A stretch of DNA of 64,000 nucleotides. It comes from Macrostomum lignano. Lineage: Eukaryota. Shown in pieces: positions 1 to 13,153 of this stretch (positions are counted from its first letter, which is position 1; every line of letters starts with the position of its first letter). The notes under the pieces were generated by a model that was not told the origin of the DNA, made no database searches, and was given only the letters and a program-made list of their open reading frames with translations. The translations under genes were made by a program, and so were the position numbers. The stretch is taken from NCBI GenBank assembly GCA_002269645.1, contig NIVC01000988.1, positions 248,001-312,000 on the forward strand, in the 5' to 3' direction.

Positions 1-718
1 GGGTGTGAGGGTGAGAGTGACAGAAGTAACGCGGGAGAATGACGGGGAGAGTGACGGGTAGAGTGACGGGTAGAGTGACGGGTAGAGTGACAGGGAGTGT
101 CGGGTGAGTAACGGGTAAAGTGATGGGGAGAATGACGGGGAGAGTGACGGAAAGAGTGACGGGGAGAGTGACGGGTAGAGAGACGGGAAGAGTGACGGAG
201 GGAGTGACGGGGAGAGTGACGGGGAGAGTGACGGGGAGAGTGACGGGGAGAGTGACGGGTAGAGAGACGGGAAGAGTGACGGGGGGAGTGACGGAGGGAG
301 TGACGGGGAGAGTGACGGGTAGAGAGACGGGAAGAGTGACGGGGGGAGTGACGGGGAGAGTGACGGGGAGAGTGACGGGGAGAGTGACGGGGAGAGTGAC
401 GGGGAGAGTGACGGGAAGAGTGACGGGAAGAGTGACGGGGAGAGTGACGGGGAGAGTGACGGGAAGAGTGACGGGGAGAGTGACGGGAAGAGTGACGGGG
501 AGAGTGACGGGGAGAGTGACGGGAAGAGTGACGGGGAGAGTGACGGGGAGAGTGACGGGAAGAGTGACGGGAAGAGTGACGGGGAGAGTGACGGGGAGAG
601 TGACGGGAAGAGTGACGGGAAGTGTGACGGGAAGAGTGACGGGAAGAGTGATGAGGAGAGTGACGGGAAGAGTGATGGGGAGAGTGACGGGGAGAGTGAT
701 GAGGAGAGTGACGGCAAA
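1..718. repeat. 12-bp minisatellite (GAGAGTGACGGG), probably intronic in the GPCR gene
   Basis: Direct tandem copies; the RVTG ORF is a translation artefact. Confidence 0.95.
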
Positions 719-811
719 ATGACATCCAACTGGCACGGTGACAAACATGCGCGAGCTACATGCAGGAGCTGCAGTATGGGGTTCATACATAAATGACCAG
801 AGCTGACTCAC

Positions 812-950
812 CAGCCACAGCCATGTTGGTCAGGAAGTGGATCATTCGGCTCTTCGGCCGGCCGGCCACGTGTCCGAGCAGTGCCAGGTTGCCAATTAGA
901 ATCAGAGCCAGATTGACGGACAGGGACACGTAGTGGCCGATTTGGTTGAG
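812..950 (-). CDS. Class A (rhodopsin-like) GPCR, internal exon covering TM1 to start of TM2; gene continues off the left edge
   Basis: Minus strand ttcgcag|CTCAAC...GTGGCTG|gtgagt; 139 nt, phase 0 to 1; translates LNQIGHYVSLSVNLALILIGNLALLGHVAGRPKSRMIHFLTNMAVA, with TM1 GN and a TM2 NLAVAD-like motif. KSRM resembles vasopressin/GnRH-superfamily peptide receptors (inference). Confidence 0.8.
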
Positions 951-1072
951 CTGCGAATTCAAGAAAAGTTTTTACTTTAAATTTAGCCTTTCATCGCTAA
1001 CGCTGGAAGTTAAGCAAAGGTGGCCCCGGTTAGTAAGCAGTTTAGTTGGCTGCTTGCTTTATTCCCCTATAG

Positions 1073-1164
1073 AACCAGGGGCTTTAGCACCAGGGGCTTT
1101 AGCACCAGGGGCTTTAGCACCAGGGCTTTAGCACCAGGGCTTTAGCACCAGGGGCTTCAGTACC
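1073..1164. repeat. 15-bp minisatellite (ACCAGGGGCTTTAGC), left flank of the retroelement
   Basis: About 6 copies; same unit resumes at 3021. Confidence 0.9.
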
Positions 1165-2962
1165 TAGAGGAGGCAGTCACGACAGCAGCGCCGGACTGCG
1201 GCATCAGCCTCTACGCCGATGATTCGGCTGTCCTCAGCACCCAGCCCTCACTGGCGAGCTGCGGAGCCAGGATACAACCGGCACTCGACGCTATAGCCAA
1301 CTGGACCAAAGAGTGGAAAATCACCCTGAGTACCAGCAAGTGCAACTACTCAACATTCACGCTCGCCCCCAACGAGGTGAATGGCAAGCTCCGGGTCCCG
1401 CTTGAGCTAGCCGGCGAGCCACTCCAGTTTGAAGAACACCCGACCTTCCTGGGCCTCATCCTGGACTGCCAGCTGAACTTCGCCCAGCACGCAGCCAACG
1501 TCTGCCGCCGCATGAGCCGACGCCGACGCGCTCTTGCCGACCTCGCGAACCGCGCGGTAGGAGCCACCCAGGAGGTGCTCCGGACGGCCTACCAGGCAAC
1601 CATCCGCGCCGTGGCCGAATACGGATGCAGAGTCTGGGGAGCCAGCGCGGCACCGAGTACCAAACTGCTTATCGAACAGCAACAGAACAGCTGTGCAAGA
1701 ATCATCACCGGATGTATGCTCCCAACTCGAACCACGGAGCTGCTTCGGACGGCCAACCTCCCCCCTTTGGCCACACCATCCTGGAACGCGCCGCCTGCCT
1801 CCGAGAACGGGTGCTGCGCCTCCCGGAGGACGTCCCAGCACACCGGACTGCGGCCAGAGACACCACCAGCAGACTACGAAACCGCGCCTACGAGAGCGCC
1901 CGCCGACAAGAAGAGGCAAATTTTAACGCGCTACTAGACAATGATTATAATTACAAGCGCCCTTTCCGCGGCTGCTGGCGGCAAATCGCGAGAGAAATCA
2001 CCGGTCCCTGCGGCCTCGAAGACCGGCCCAGAGAGCCGTTCCCGCCACCGCCGCCCGACCTGGCACACCTCGCGCTCAACCGGTACAGCCAGACTTTCGA
2101 CCCCACCCTCGCCGACGGCTGCGGCAGAGCAGTACCGACGAGCGTCCGCCGCGACAGGGCGATGTCAGCTCTCGAGCAGCTAACACCCTGTGACATCGAC
2201 GCGTGGACGGACGGCAGCGTCAAGGAGGGCATCCACGACGCATGGGGTGCCGCGGTGGTCTGCACCCGCCTCTGGTGCCAAAAGATCACCGCCCCGGCTG
2301 GCCGGATCGCATGCAGCTTCCAGGCGGAGATGGTCGCGATCAGCGCCGCCCTCGACTACATTACTCAACTCCCGCCAGAGCACGGCCTTACAGTGCGGAT
2401 CCTCAGCGACTCCAAATCAGCACTCACGGCCCTCCAGAGCGGCCCCAGTAAGCAGGTCACCGCCGCCGGAAGCCGCTGCTTGGAGGTACTGGCCCACATG
2501 TCGCGCCCGTGCGACTTCGTCTGGGTCCCGGCCCACTGCGACGTCCCGGGCAACGAGCAAGCAGACCGCTGCGCCAACGAAGCTAGACGCGGCCAACAGC
2601 AGGACGAACCCATTACGCTGCAGGCCGCCAAGGCCGCCATCCGACGCGCGCGGTCCGCCCGCGACCAGGAACTGCTTGGACGCCCCTGGCAACGACCACC
2701 ACGACACCTGACCAGGAAAGAAACGGTGGCGATTAACCAACTCAGAGCCGGGTGCTCCACCCTGGCCGGGGCCACACGTCACCGGGTCGGCCTGACTGAG
2801 AACGCCAGCTGTCCCGATTGCGGGGCGCCCGACACGGAGGAGCATATCATCCTTGAATGCCCACGCGGCGACGCCCTTCGGGCGAGCACTGAGGACGAGA
2901 GGGACATCCGCGACGACCCGGAGCGCCTTCTCGCCCTCCTTCGCAGGTTGGGGCGCCTCTGA
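1164..2962 (+). pseudogene. Retrotransposon pol ORF fragment with one frameshift in a C-run near 1765-1775
   Basis: The RT-thumb frame (ORF 1377..1937) switches to the frame of ORF 1625..2962 at AACCTCCCCCCTTTGG; this may be a real mutation or a homopolymer error. Confidence 0.8.
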
Positions 2963-3020
2963 GCGCCCTCCCCCCAGCTGCCAGCGGCAGCGTTGTGGGG
3001 CGGTGGAAGAAAAGAAGAAG
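1165..3020 (+). mobile_element. 5'-truncated non-LTR retrotransposon (RT C-terminus + RNase H + C-terminal Cys/His knuckle; I/Ingi/R1-type)
   Basis: Frame from 1164 reads LEEAVTTAAPDCGISLYADDSAV (YADD); RNase H motifs WTDGS, QAEMVAI, ILSDSKSAL, WVPAHCDVPGNEQAD; CPDC..EHIILEC; 3' tail GAAGAAAAGAAGAAG. Confidence 0.92.
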
Positions 3021-3685
3021 ACCAGGGGCTTTAGCACCAGGGGCTTTAGCACCAGGGGCTTTAGCACCAGGGGCTTTAGCACCAGGGGCTTTAGCACCAG
3101 GGGCGTCAGCACCAGGGGCGCCAGCACCAGGGGCGTCAGCACCAGGGGCGCCAGAACCAGGGGCGCCAGCACCAGGGGCGCCAGCACCAGGGGCTTCAGT
3201 ACCAGGGGCGCCAGCACCAGGGGCTTCAGTACCAGGGGCCTTAGCACCAGGGGCTTTAGTACCAGGTGCGCCAGCACCAGGGGCTTTAGTACCAGGGGCT
3301 TTAGTACCAGGGGCTTTAGCACCAGGGGCTTTAGCACCAGGGGCTTTAGCACCAGGGGCGCCAGCACCAGAGGCTTTAGCACCAGGGGCGCCAGCACCAG
3401 GGGCGCCAGCACCAGGGGCGCCAGCACCAGGGGCGCCAGCACCAGGGGCGCCAGCACCAGGGGCGCTAGCACCAGGGGCGCCAGCACCAGGGGCGCCAGC
3501 ACCAGGGGCACCAGCACCAGGGGCGCCAGCACCAGGGGCGCCAGCACCAGGGGCGCCAGCACCAGGGGCGCCAGCACCAGGGGCGCCAGCACCAGGGGCG
3601 CCAGCACCAGGGGCGCCAGCACCAGGCGCCAGCACCAGGCAACAGCACCAGGCGCCAGCAGCACCAGGGGTGCCAGCACAGGCAC
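3021..3685. repeat. 15-bp minisatellite ACCAGGGGC(TTT/GCC)AGC, right flank of the retroelement
   Basis: About 44 copies; the variant changes from TTTAGC to GCCAGC along the array. Confidence 0.95.
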
Positions 3686-4145
3686 GATGACCAACGCCCA
3701 AGGCACAGAGACTGTACATGCCTGACGATTAGAAAGTCAAGCCGCTCTACACCCGACGTGAAACCCATCTGAAGTGAGTCGCAGCTCTTATTTAAAAATT
3801 TTTCCACCACTTTGAAACATTCAATTTAAATTAATTGAAATTTCTATCAACCAAGTACTGTTGGCTTTGTTTCCATTGTTAGAAAGCAGGTTTTGGAGCC
3901 CCTTGGAGGTTGGATGTGAGTCGCTATATGAATTTCCCTGCTGTTTCAAAAAAAGAACTTGAAGAGAGATTTTGCATTGCTATTGAAGTAATTTTGTGAA
4001 ATTTGAATTGGTTTTTGTCTTGCAGCTTCGGACTGACTTCTATATTAGAAGCAATCGATGTTAATTAACTGTTGCGGTGATTGACAGCACATTTAGCCGT
4101 TTCTCCCTCGGTTCTTCATCACTGTTTTCATCTCAGATTCTTTTC

Positions 4146-5418
4146 AAATCGTAAACTCACTCATTTATAAACTGACTCATGAACTCACTCATTTATAAAC
4201 TGGCTCATGAAGTCACTCATTCATAAACTGGCTCATGAACTCACTCATTTATAAACTGGCTCATGAACTCACTCATTCATAAACTGACTCATGAACTCAC
4301 TCATTTATAAACAGATTCATGAACTCACTCATTCATAAACTGGCTCATAAACTCACTCATTTATAAACAGATTCGTGAACTCACTCATTTATAAACTGGC
4401 TCATGAAGTCACTCATTCATAAACTGACTCATGAACTCACTCATTTATAAACAGATTCGTGAACTCACTCATTTATAAACTGGCTCATGAAGTCACTCAT
4501 TCATAAACTGGCTCATGAAGTCATCCATGAACTCACACATAAACTCACTCATGAACTCACTCATGAACTCACTCATGAATTCACTCATGAACTCACTCAT
4601 GAACTCACTCATGAATTCACTCATGAACTCACTCATAATTTCACTTATGAACTCACTTATGAACTCACTAATGAACTCACTCATGAACTCACTCATAAAC
4701 TCACTCTTGAATTCACTCATGAACTCACTCATAAACTCACTCATGAACTCACTCATGAACTCACTCATGAATTCACTCATGAACTCACTCATAAACTCAC
4801 TCATGAATTCACTCATGAACTCACTCATGAACTCACTCATGAACTCACTCATGAACTCACTCATGAATTCACTCATGAACTCACTCATGAACTCACTCAT
4901 GAATTCACTCATGAACTCACTCATAAACTCACTCATGAATTCACTCATGAACTCACTCATGAACTCACTCATGAAATTACTTATGAACTCACTCATAAAC
5001 TCACTCATGAACTCACTCATGAACTCACTCATAAACTCACTCATAAACTCACTCATGAACTCACTCATGAACTCACTCATGAACTCACTCATAAACTCAC
5101 TCATGAACTCACACATTACCTCACTCATAAACTCACTCATGAACTCACTCATGAACTCACTCATGAACTCACACATGACCTCACTCATGAACTCACTCAT
5201 GAATTCACTCATGAACTCACTCATGAACTCACTCATGAATTCACTCATGAACTCACTCATAAACTCACTCATGAATTCACTCATGAACTCACTCATGAAC
5301 TCACTCGAACTCACTCATGAACTCACTCATAAACTCACTCATGAATTCACTCATGAACTCACTCATGAACTCACTCATGAACTCACTCATGAACTCACTC
5401 ATGAATTCACTCATGAAC
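4146..5418. repeat. 12-bp minisatellite (CATGAACTCACT) preceded by longer degenerate units
   Basis: Direct tandem copies; the HELT/MNSL/MSEF ORFs are artefacts. Confidence 0.95.
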
Positions 5419-6039
5419 TTACTCCTAAAGTCAATCAGCACCTATATGCTTTCTCTACTAATCTCAAATTTTAATTCCAAATATTTCCTCAATTCTTATT
5501 ACTTCCTCAGTGTGCTCAGTTGCATAATAAGGGAAATCTTAGGGGAATTCACTAACTACGAAGTGTATCCTTCCATTATCCGAATGACGGCATTGAAAAG
5601 AATTTAATTGAGTGAAAAAGGAAAAAATTAATTATCAACTTCACACACTATATTCCCCATAGCAGTTAAACGCACAGTATAAAGAGATTTTGCCCAAGCA
5701 AAAAAAAGTATACGAGTACCAATATCGATCTTGCACAGATCGTATAAACAAAATTAGCATATTTATAAATTTATAAGCATAGTCACTAGGTTATAATATT
5801 GTTTTTCGTAAGTATAGCATTAACATACAACAATGTTTATCTGATAGAGTTGGTTATAGAACGCGTCGATGTGAAAACATATGCAAGGATGTTGACGAAC
5901 TTTTTTTCGTCATATCTGGACAAAATAACCTCATGTACTTGTAAAGAGTTTTTATTAAAAGCTTTTTTTAACTGAAGCAAACTTTAAGACAGAAAATAAA
6001 AACTACTTGAATAAAAGAAGTGCCATCTACACCGTAAAG

Positions 6040-7062
6040 TAGCGTCATGGCAACCATAAAAGAACTGTCATGTACACCATAAATGAATCGTCATGACAAC
6101 CATAAAAGAACTGTCATGTACACCATAAATGAATCGTCATGGCAACCATAAAAGAACTGTCATGTACACCATAAATTTACCGTCATGACAACCATAAATG
6201 AATCGTCATGACAACCATAAAAAATCGTCATGACAACCATAAAAAATCGTCATGTACACCATAAAAAATCGTCATGACAACCATAAAAAATCGTCATGTA
6301 CACCATAAAAAATCGTCATGACAACCATAAAAAATCGTCATGACAACCATAAAAAATCGTCATGTACACCATAAAAAATCGTCATGTCAGCCATAAAAAA
6401 TCGTCATGTACACCATAAATGAATCGTCATGACAACCATAAAAAAATCGTCATGACAACCATAAAAAAACGTCATGTACACCATAAATGAATCGTCATGT
6501 ACACCATAAATTAATCGTCATGTACACCATAAATTAATCGTCATGTACACCATAAATTAATCGTCATGTACACCATAAATGAATCGTCATGTACACCATA
6601 AATGAATCGCCATGTCAGCCATAAATGAATCGTCATGTACACCATAAATGAATCGTCATGTACACCATAAATGAATCGTCATGTACACCATAAATGAATC
6701 AACATGTACACCATAAATTAATCGTCATGTAAACCATAAATGAATCAACATGTACACCATAAATGAATCGTCATGTACACCATAAATGAATCGTCATGTA
6801 CACCATAAATGAATCGTCATGTACACCATAAATTAATCGTCATGTACACCATAAATGAATCGCCATGTCAGCCATAAATGAATCAACATGTACACCATAA
6901 ATTAATCGTCATGTACACCATAAATGAATCGTCATGTACACCATAAATGAATCGTTATGTACACCATAAATGAATCGTCATGACAACCATAAATAAATCG
7001 TCATGACAACCATAAAAAAATCGTCATGTCAGCCATAAATGAATCGTCATGTACACCATAAA
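6040..7062. repeat. 22-23-bp minisatellite (CGTCATGTACACCATAAATGAAT)
   Basis: CCATAAA recurs at 6481 and 6504 (period 23). Confidence 0.95.
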
Positions 7063-7598
7063 AATGTTGTTTTTTTCAACATTCGAAAAAAATTGTTTTT
7101 TTTTTCGAAACAATTATCCATTTCTCCTCTACAACAGGAATTTGCCTCCACAACGGAAAGGACGCAGATCTATCTGCTTTCATGACTTTGATGCTAACAG
7201 GCACATATATTAGCATTTCTATTACAGTATCATTGATTACCATACTCTAAGGGTGTTAAGGCTATGATTTTCCATTAACGCTCGTAAGGCATGATTGTTG
7301 TACGGTACTATTATGTATAAAATATCGGGTATAATAAGGTATAAAACCGGCATAAACCGACTTGCAGCAGTGAAAGATGGAAAACCATGTCCATATTTAG
7401 AATTACTATGATCTATAATATATTTATCGCTGGCGAACTTTTACGACATAATTAGTCTGCAATCTATTCAATTAGGCCCATTAAGCTTTATGTGAGACCG
7501 CTTTTTCACTTTATTAGATATAAAATCGTTCATAACCGGAACTGCTTGCCATATTGATTGGCTGCATGCTATGCATCAGTTACTCTATTTTAATTTTA

Positions 7599-8091
<493 letters not shown>

Positions 8092-8523
8092 TCATTTAAT
8101 TTCTCAGTCTATCTATATTTTGTGAAATTTACCAGTGCGCATATTTTATTGGCTTTATATTTTCATAATCACGATATCCGAAGGTAAAATTTAATTCATA
8201 CTGAGTCACAAAACTGATGGAATTTTTTGCAGCAATTTGACTGTCATAATTGTTAAATTGATTTTAGGCGTCAATTTAACTTTGCTAATTGCAGTCAAGT
8301 CTGCGGTTGGAGTTGGTGATGGCTTTGGGCATGAAAAACCACCCGCTGCGATACCGGTCTCAGTTGCGGTGTCAATTGATCTCATTCAACGCTGCGCTGT
8401 CCCGACCGCAAGCCATCAAGTCTTCTATGCTGATTAAAATTCATTCAATTGTGATTGATTTTGCCATATGACAAACTAAACTTTTTTAGCGACAAATATT
8501 GTTTTTTTAATCGCTAAACCCTG

Positions 8524-9655
8524 AAAAGTAGACAGACAGCAATTGAGAACACTGAGAGGTAGACAGACAGCAATTGAGAACACTGAGAGGCAGACAGACA
8601 GCAATTGAGAACACTGAGAGGTAGACAGACAGCAATTGAGAACACTGAGAGGTAGACAGACAGCAATTGAGAACACTGAGAGGTAGACAGACAGCAATTG
8701 AGAACACTGAGAGGTAGACAGACAGCAATTGAGAACACTGAGAGGTAGACAGACAGCAATTGAGAACATTGAGAGGTAGACAGACAGTAATTGAGAACAC
8801 TGAGAGGCAGACAGACAGCAATTGAGAACACTGAGAGGTAGACAGACAGTAATTGAGAACACTGAGAGGTAGACAGACAGTAATTGAGAACACTGAGAGG
8901 CAGACAGACAGCAATTGAGAACACTGAGAGGCAGACAGACAGCAATTGAGAACATTGAGAGGTAGACAGACAGTAATTGAGAACACTGAGAGGCAGACAG
9001 ACAGCAATTGAGAACACTGAGAGGCAGACAGACAGCAATTGAGAACACTGAGAGGTAGACAGACAGCAATTGAGAACACTGAGAGGCAGACAGACAGCAA
9101 TTGAGAACACTGAGAGGCAGACAGACAGCAATTGAGAACACTGAGAGGCAGACAGACAGCAATTGAGAACACTGAGAGGTAGACAGACAGTAATTGAGAA
9201 CACTGAGAGGCAGACAGACAGCAATTGAGAACACTGAGAGGCAGACAGACAGCAATTGAGAACACTGAGAGGCAGACAGACAGCAATTGAGAACACTGAG
9301 AGGTAGACAGACAGTAATTGAGAACACTGAGAGGCAGACAGACAGCAATTGAGAACACTGAGAGGCAGACAGACAGCAATTGAGAACACTGAGAGGCAGA
9401 CAGACAGCAATTGAGAACACTGAGAGGCAGACAGACAGCAATTGAGAACACTGAGAGGCAGACAGACAGCAATTGAGAACACTGAGAGGTAGACAGACAG
9501 CAATTGAGAACACTGAGAGGTAGACAGACAGTAATTGAGAACACTGAGAGGCAGACAGACAGCAATTGAGAACACTGAGAGGCAGACAGACAGCAATTGA
9601 GAACACTGAGAGGCAGACAGACAGCAATTGAGAACACTGAGAGGCAGACAGATAG
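8524..9655. repeat. 31-bp minisatellite (GACAGACAGCAATTGAGAACACTGAGAGGYA)
   Basis: Period 31 (AATTGAG at 8541 and 8572); about 36 copies. Confidence 0.95.
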
Positions 9656-9820
9656 ATTGAAAAAGTACAATTAAACACAATGAAAAATAATGCAACGAAA
9701 TGGACTGCATTAACAATCATAAACGTATGACAGGTACACTAATCACATTCTAACGTACTACCTTCTTCAATTTAATTACAAAAATGGAACAGAAGTCAGA
9801 CAGCAACTGAGTATTTTTAC

Positions 9821-9925
9821 CTGCACTGGTATGGCCGGCCTCTTTGTAACATTAAATTCCATAATGTCAGATTCTGTCGTAGCCGCCAGTAGCAATTTGT
9901 CCACTGCTGTGCTCTGGTCAGCCAT
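9821..9925 (-). CDS. Probable first coding exon of the GPCR (extracellular N-terminus)
   Basis: MADQSTAVDKLLLAATTESDIMEFNVTKRPAIPVQ|gtaaaa; the phase-0 donor matches the phase-0 acceptor at 950; NVT glycosylation sequon; an in-frame upstream ATG at 10090 is also possible. Confidence 0.6.
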
Positions 9926-10185
9926 GCTGAATGCGGGCCGACTGTGCTGTGTTGCGGAATTCGATGCCCATAGATGGCTTGAGAACGGGCTAAAACTGTG
10001 CTCATAGAGACGGTTGGGGTGGCTGCTGAGAACAGGAGGCAGGGGTTGACAATTGGGGGTTGGATAACGCTTGGAAGTTTTCCTAGCCATCTCAGATGGG
10101 AACTGGGAACTGCTAGACTAGGCCAATCAGGGCCGGCCTTCGCATGCGTTGGGTTGGATGTGGGGAGAGATTGACACAGACCAGC

Positions 10186-10207
10186 TGTCTGTCTGTCTGT
10201 CTGTCTG

Positions 10208-10247
<40 letters not shown>

Positions 10248-10388
10248 ATGTCTGTCTGTCTGTCTGTCTGTCTGTCTTAGTGTCTGTCTTAGTGTCTGTC
10301 TGTCTGTCTGTCTGTCTGTCTGACTGTCTGTCTGACTGTCTGTCTGTCTGTCTGTCTGTCTGTCAGTCTGTCTGACTGTCTGTCTGAC

Positions 10389-10431
<43 letters not shown>

Positions 10432-10450
10432 ATGTCTGTCTGTCTTAGTT

Positions 10451-10483
<33 letters not shown>

Positions 10484-10520
10484 GTCTGTCTGTCTGTCTG
10501 TCTGTCTTAGAGTCTGTCTA
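10186..10520. repeat. (TCTG)n microsatellite, imperfect
   Basis: Direct observation. Confidence 0.95.
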
Positions 10521-11499
10521 AGTGCCTGTTTATTTTCCTTTTCAATAAAGCGTTTTTCATTTACATATAAGCTTCATTCTAAACAAACAAACTAAAATTG
10601 TCACAGAGCAAATGCATTTACCAGTAAGCAATTAGTTTTTCACTTTTTCAAAACTTTACTCATTCAAGCTGCGTATGGATAAGCATGGAGTATACAGTCG
10701 TATGTAGCCACTGTAGGCCACATCTATATATATTTAAGTAACGAAGCGCAATTACTTTCTATGATAATGATCAATCTATAGAAGCGCCGTTACGCAATCA
10801 AACTGACGGGCCGATCATTGATTGGATTTTAGCTGACAGAGCAGATTACACCGACTCTGATTGCTCTCTAGGATTGGCAGCCCATAATTACAGTCTTATT
10901 CCTCTCTAGCTATACATAAATATCTGTGTAGCGGACAGAGAGAAAGATTGGTAAACAGATCCGTGGGATGCAAAAGCAGGAAGCCAGCGCGATGATGATG
11001 ACAATAATGATAATGACGATGATTTCTCTCTAATATCCACAAATTCTGGAGCAAAGTGGCTCTACTGACTGTAGCTGGCTTGTCAACTTTGTAGAGCAAT
11101 TTATCGTTGGCCATTACTACGAGCGTCTATCAATCATGCTGACTTAGAAAGCATTGTGTGCTAATATAGTCGAGTCAATTATGCAAAGTTACACAGCTGG
11201 CATTACAAATCAATCTGTATAGCTGATAAAAGCTAGTTTTTACGACCAATAATTGTCACATGTGTTTCCGCACTTCAATTAGATGATTGCATGATTTCAC
11301 TTGCAAATCTATATACATGTAGAAGATAACTGATACACCTACAGGTACATGTAAAAGACCCAAGAGCTTGTTTTGGACTTAACAGTATACTGACAAAATG
11401 AATTAGTAACGATCGGGTTTGAATGGAAATACTTGCGTAAACACCTAATGAGATACGGAAGAGAAATAATATGATACCCCTAGCTGTAGTCTGATCATT

Positions 11500-11860
11500 T
11501 GTTGTTGTTAAACGAGGGTGGAAAGCCGGGGGCTACCCGCGGATCAGTCCGAAAGGGGGCTCTGCCGCTGAGGGGCACTGCCAGGGGCCTAAGCCCGAGA
11601 TACCCACATGCTTATTGGGCCCCGACGTCTAGGCCAGGGGGAAATTTTGGTGCTACTAGCCCAAACCTACAGTACACGACACCGCCAACCCAAAAGTGGA
11701 ATCAGGGACGGTACTAGGACGAGTCCACCCAGGCCACCACCCAGCAGACAAGTCCTCGGGAGTGCGCAGAAAAAGATTGGAAATGCGAAAAAAGCTTGGG
11801 TTATGCGGGGAAACCCCGAAGTCTACGGAAATGGCTTAACTATCAATAACAATCGTCTGA
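11500..11860 (-). mobile_element. Possible 3' end/UTR fragment of a retroelement
   Basis: GC-rich island in AT-rich DNA ending on the minus strand in AACAACAACAA; no recognisable ORF. Confidence 0.25.
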
Positions 11861-13153
11861 TCATTTACTGTGTATTTCAATAATCTTCAAAACAGGAACT
11901 AAAACTCAGGACAATATACAGCTATATTATCTATCTTCGTGATGTGCCCAGAAGTCATAGATCTTATAGTATCTTATCTTATAGAATAAAATATCCATGA
12001 TTATAGTATAGTAGAGCTTTATTAACGTCGTGCTATGCAGGAACAGCTGGAGGGCATGCAATTAAACGGGCCGTAACAGCCCATAGAGTTCTACATTTAT
12101 GGCCAAAGCGTTTGGATTAACTCGACAAAAATCAAAACCATATCGACAACTTGATTTAATTGTCATGCTATATGGAAAAATTCCAGGAAATTGACCAACG
12201 AATTAAAGTACATGATCTTTCAGTTTTACGTCTTGTTATACTGCAGTATACTACAGTAGTGGTCGGTGTGGTTGCGCCAGTAAACTTATGAACATTTGAA
12301 GTCAAGCTCCTCTCCGGTAGAGTCCAGGAGGTGGATGGTCGTGTTTGGCCCAGGTAGAGGCGGGGCTTTCAACAGATAGGTGCTTCCGTATTCTCAACAC
12401 GGGGGAGGCTGAATGGGCATTTTTCACTGCAGATTTTATCTCGAAAAGAACAGGAGATTAAAGTACGCCTGTACTGTACTCGTGACACTTGTTTCATTGA
12501 CTTTTTTCGTGATTTAATCTTCTTTAAAATGTTATTATACTTGTTGCTTGCTTGGTAGAAGGGTGCTGCTCTTGCGAGTAACTGTTGCTCTTAAACGCAA
12601 TCGTTTCGCATCACACGTCCATCCAGTAGAGATCTGGACTTTAATGAGCTACAGTTAAAAGAAAACTGTTTTTGATTTTCCCCATATCATTTATTTGCAA
12701 AAAATTGGACAAAATTTCCAAGGCGCATCTAAAACCACGTTGGAACTTTAATATTGCGGCTGATATTGAACTAATAAATAAAGAGTACATTAAATGTGAA
12801 ATCTGGTGTATTTGTATATGGAATTAAAAACAGCCCAGATTTAAGAAAATCAACTTGGACGGATGCTTATTTTTTAAATACATAAAGCGTTATATTATGA
12901 TTTTAATAATTCATAAACATAGATAGAGTTGGGTGTCAGAGTAAATAATCAGTGTGTGAGAGTAGAGAACTAGCGGTGTCAGTACAATTACAAGGAATTG
13001 CAAATTAATCGCAGTCAATGTATCAGCACACATAATATCATTAATAGCTACTTGTAGTAGACTGTAAAAGGACATCGAGAACCTGCCCGAGATCTAATCG
13101 ACGAAAATGCACTTTAATATGCCAACAGTTTCTAATTTTAAAAGACTGGTCAG

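Noticed and set aside
725-768. Short next GPCR exon after a 43-nt intron (ctgcag|CTCCTG)
   Set aside because: It would replace the conserved TM2 Asp and run into the minisatellite; the true exon probably lies beyond the window.
8237-11114. Small ORFs at 8237-8471 and 10896-11114
   Set aside because: No recognisable domain or consistent splice partners; possibly decayed TE or UTR sequence.
11500-11700. Self-cleaving ribozyme in the GC-rich island or in the 161-bp unit
   Set aside because: No CTGANGA...GAAA hammerhead core could be placed by eye; an Infernal/Rfam scan would be needed.
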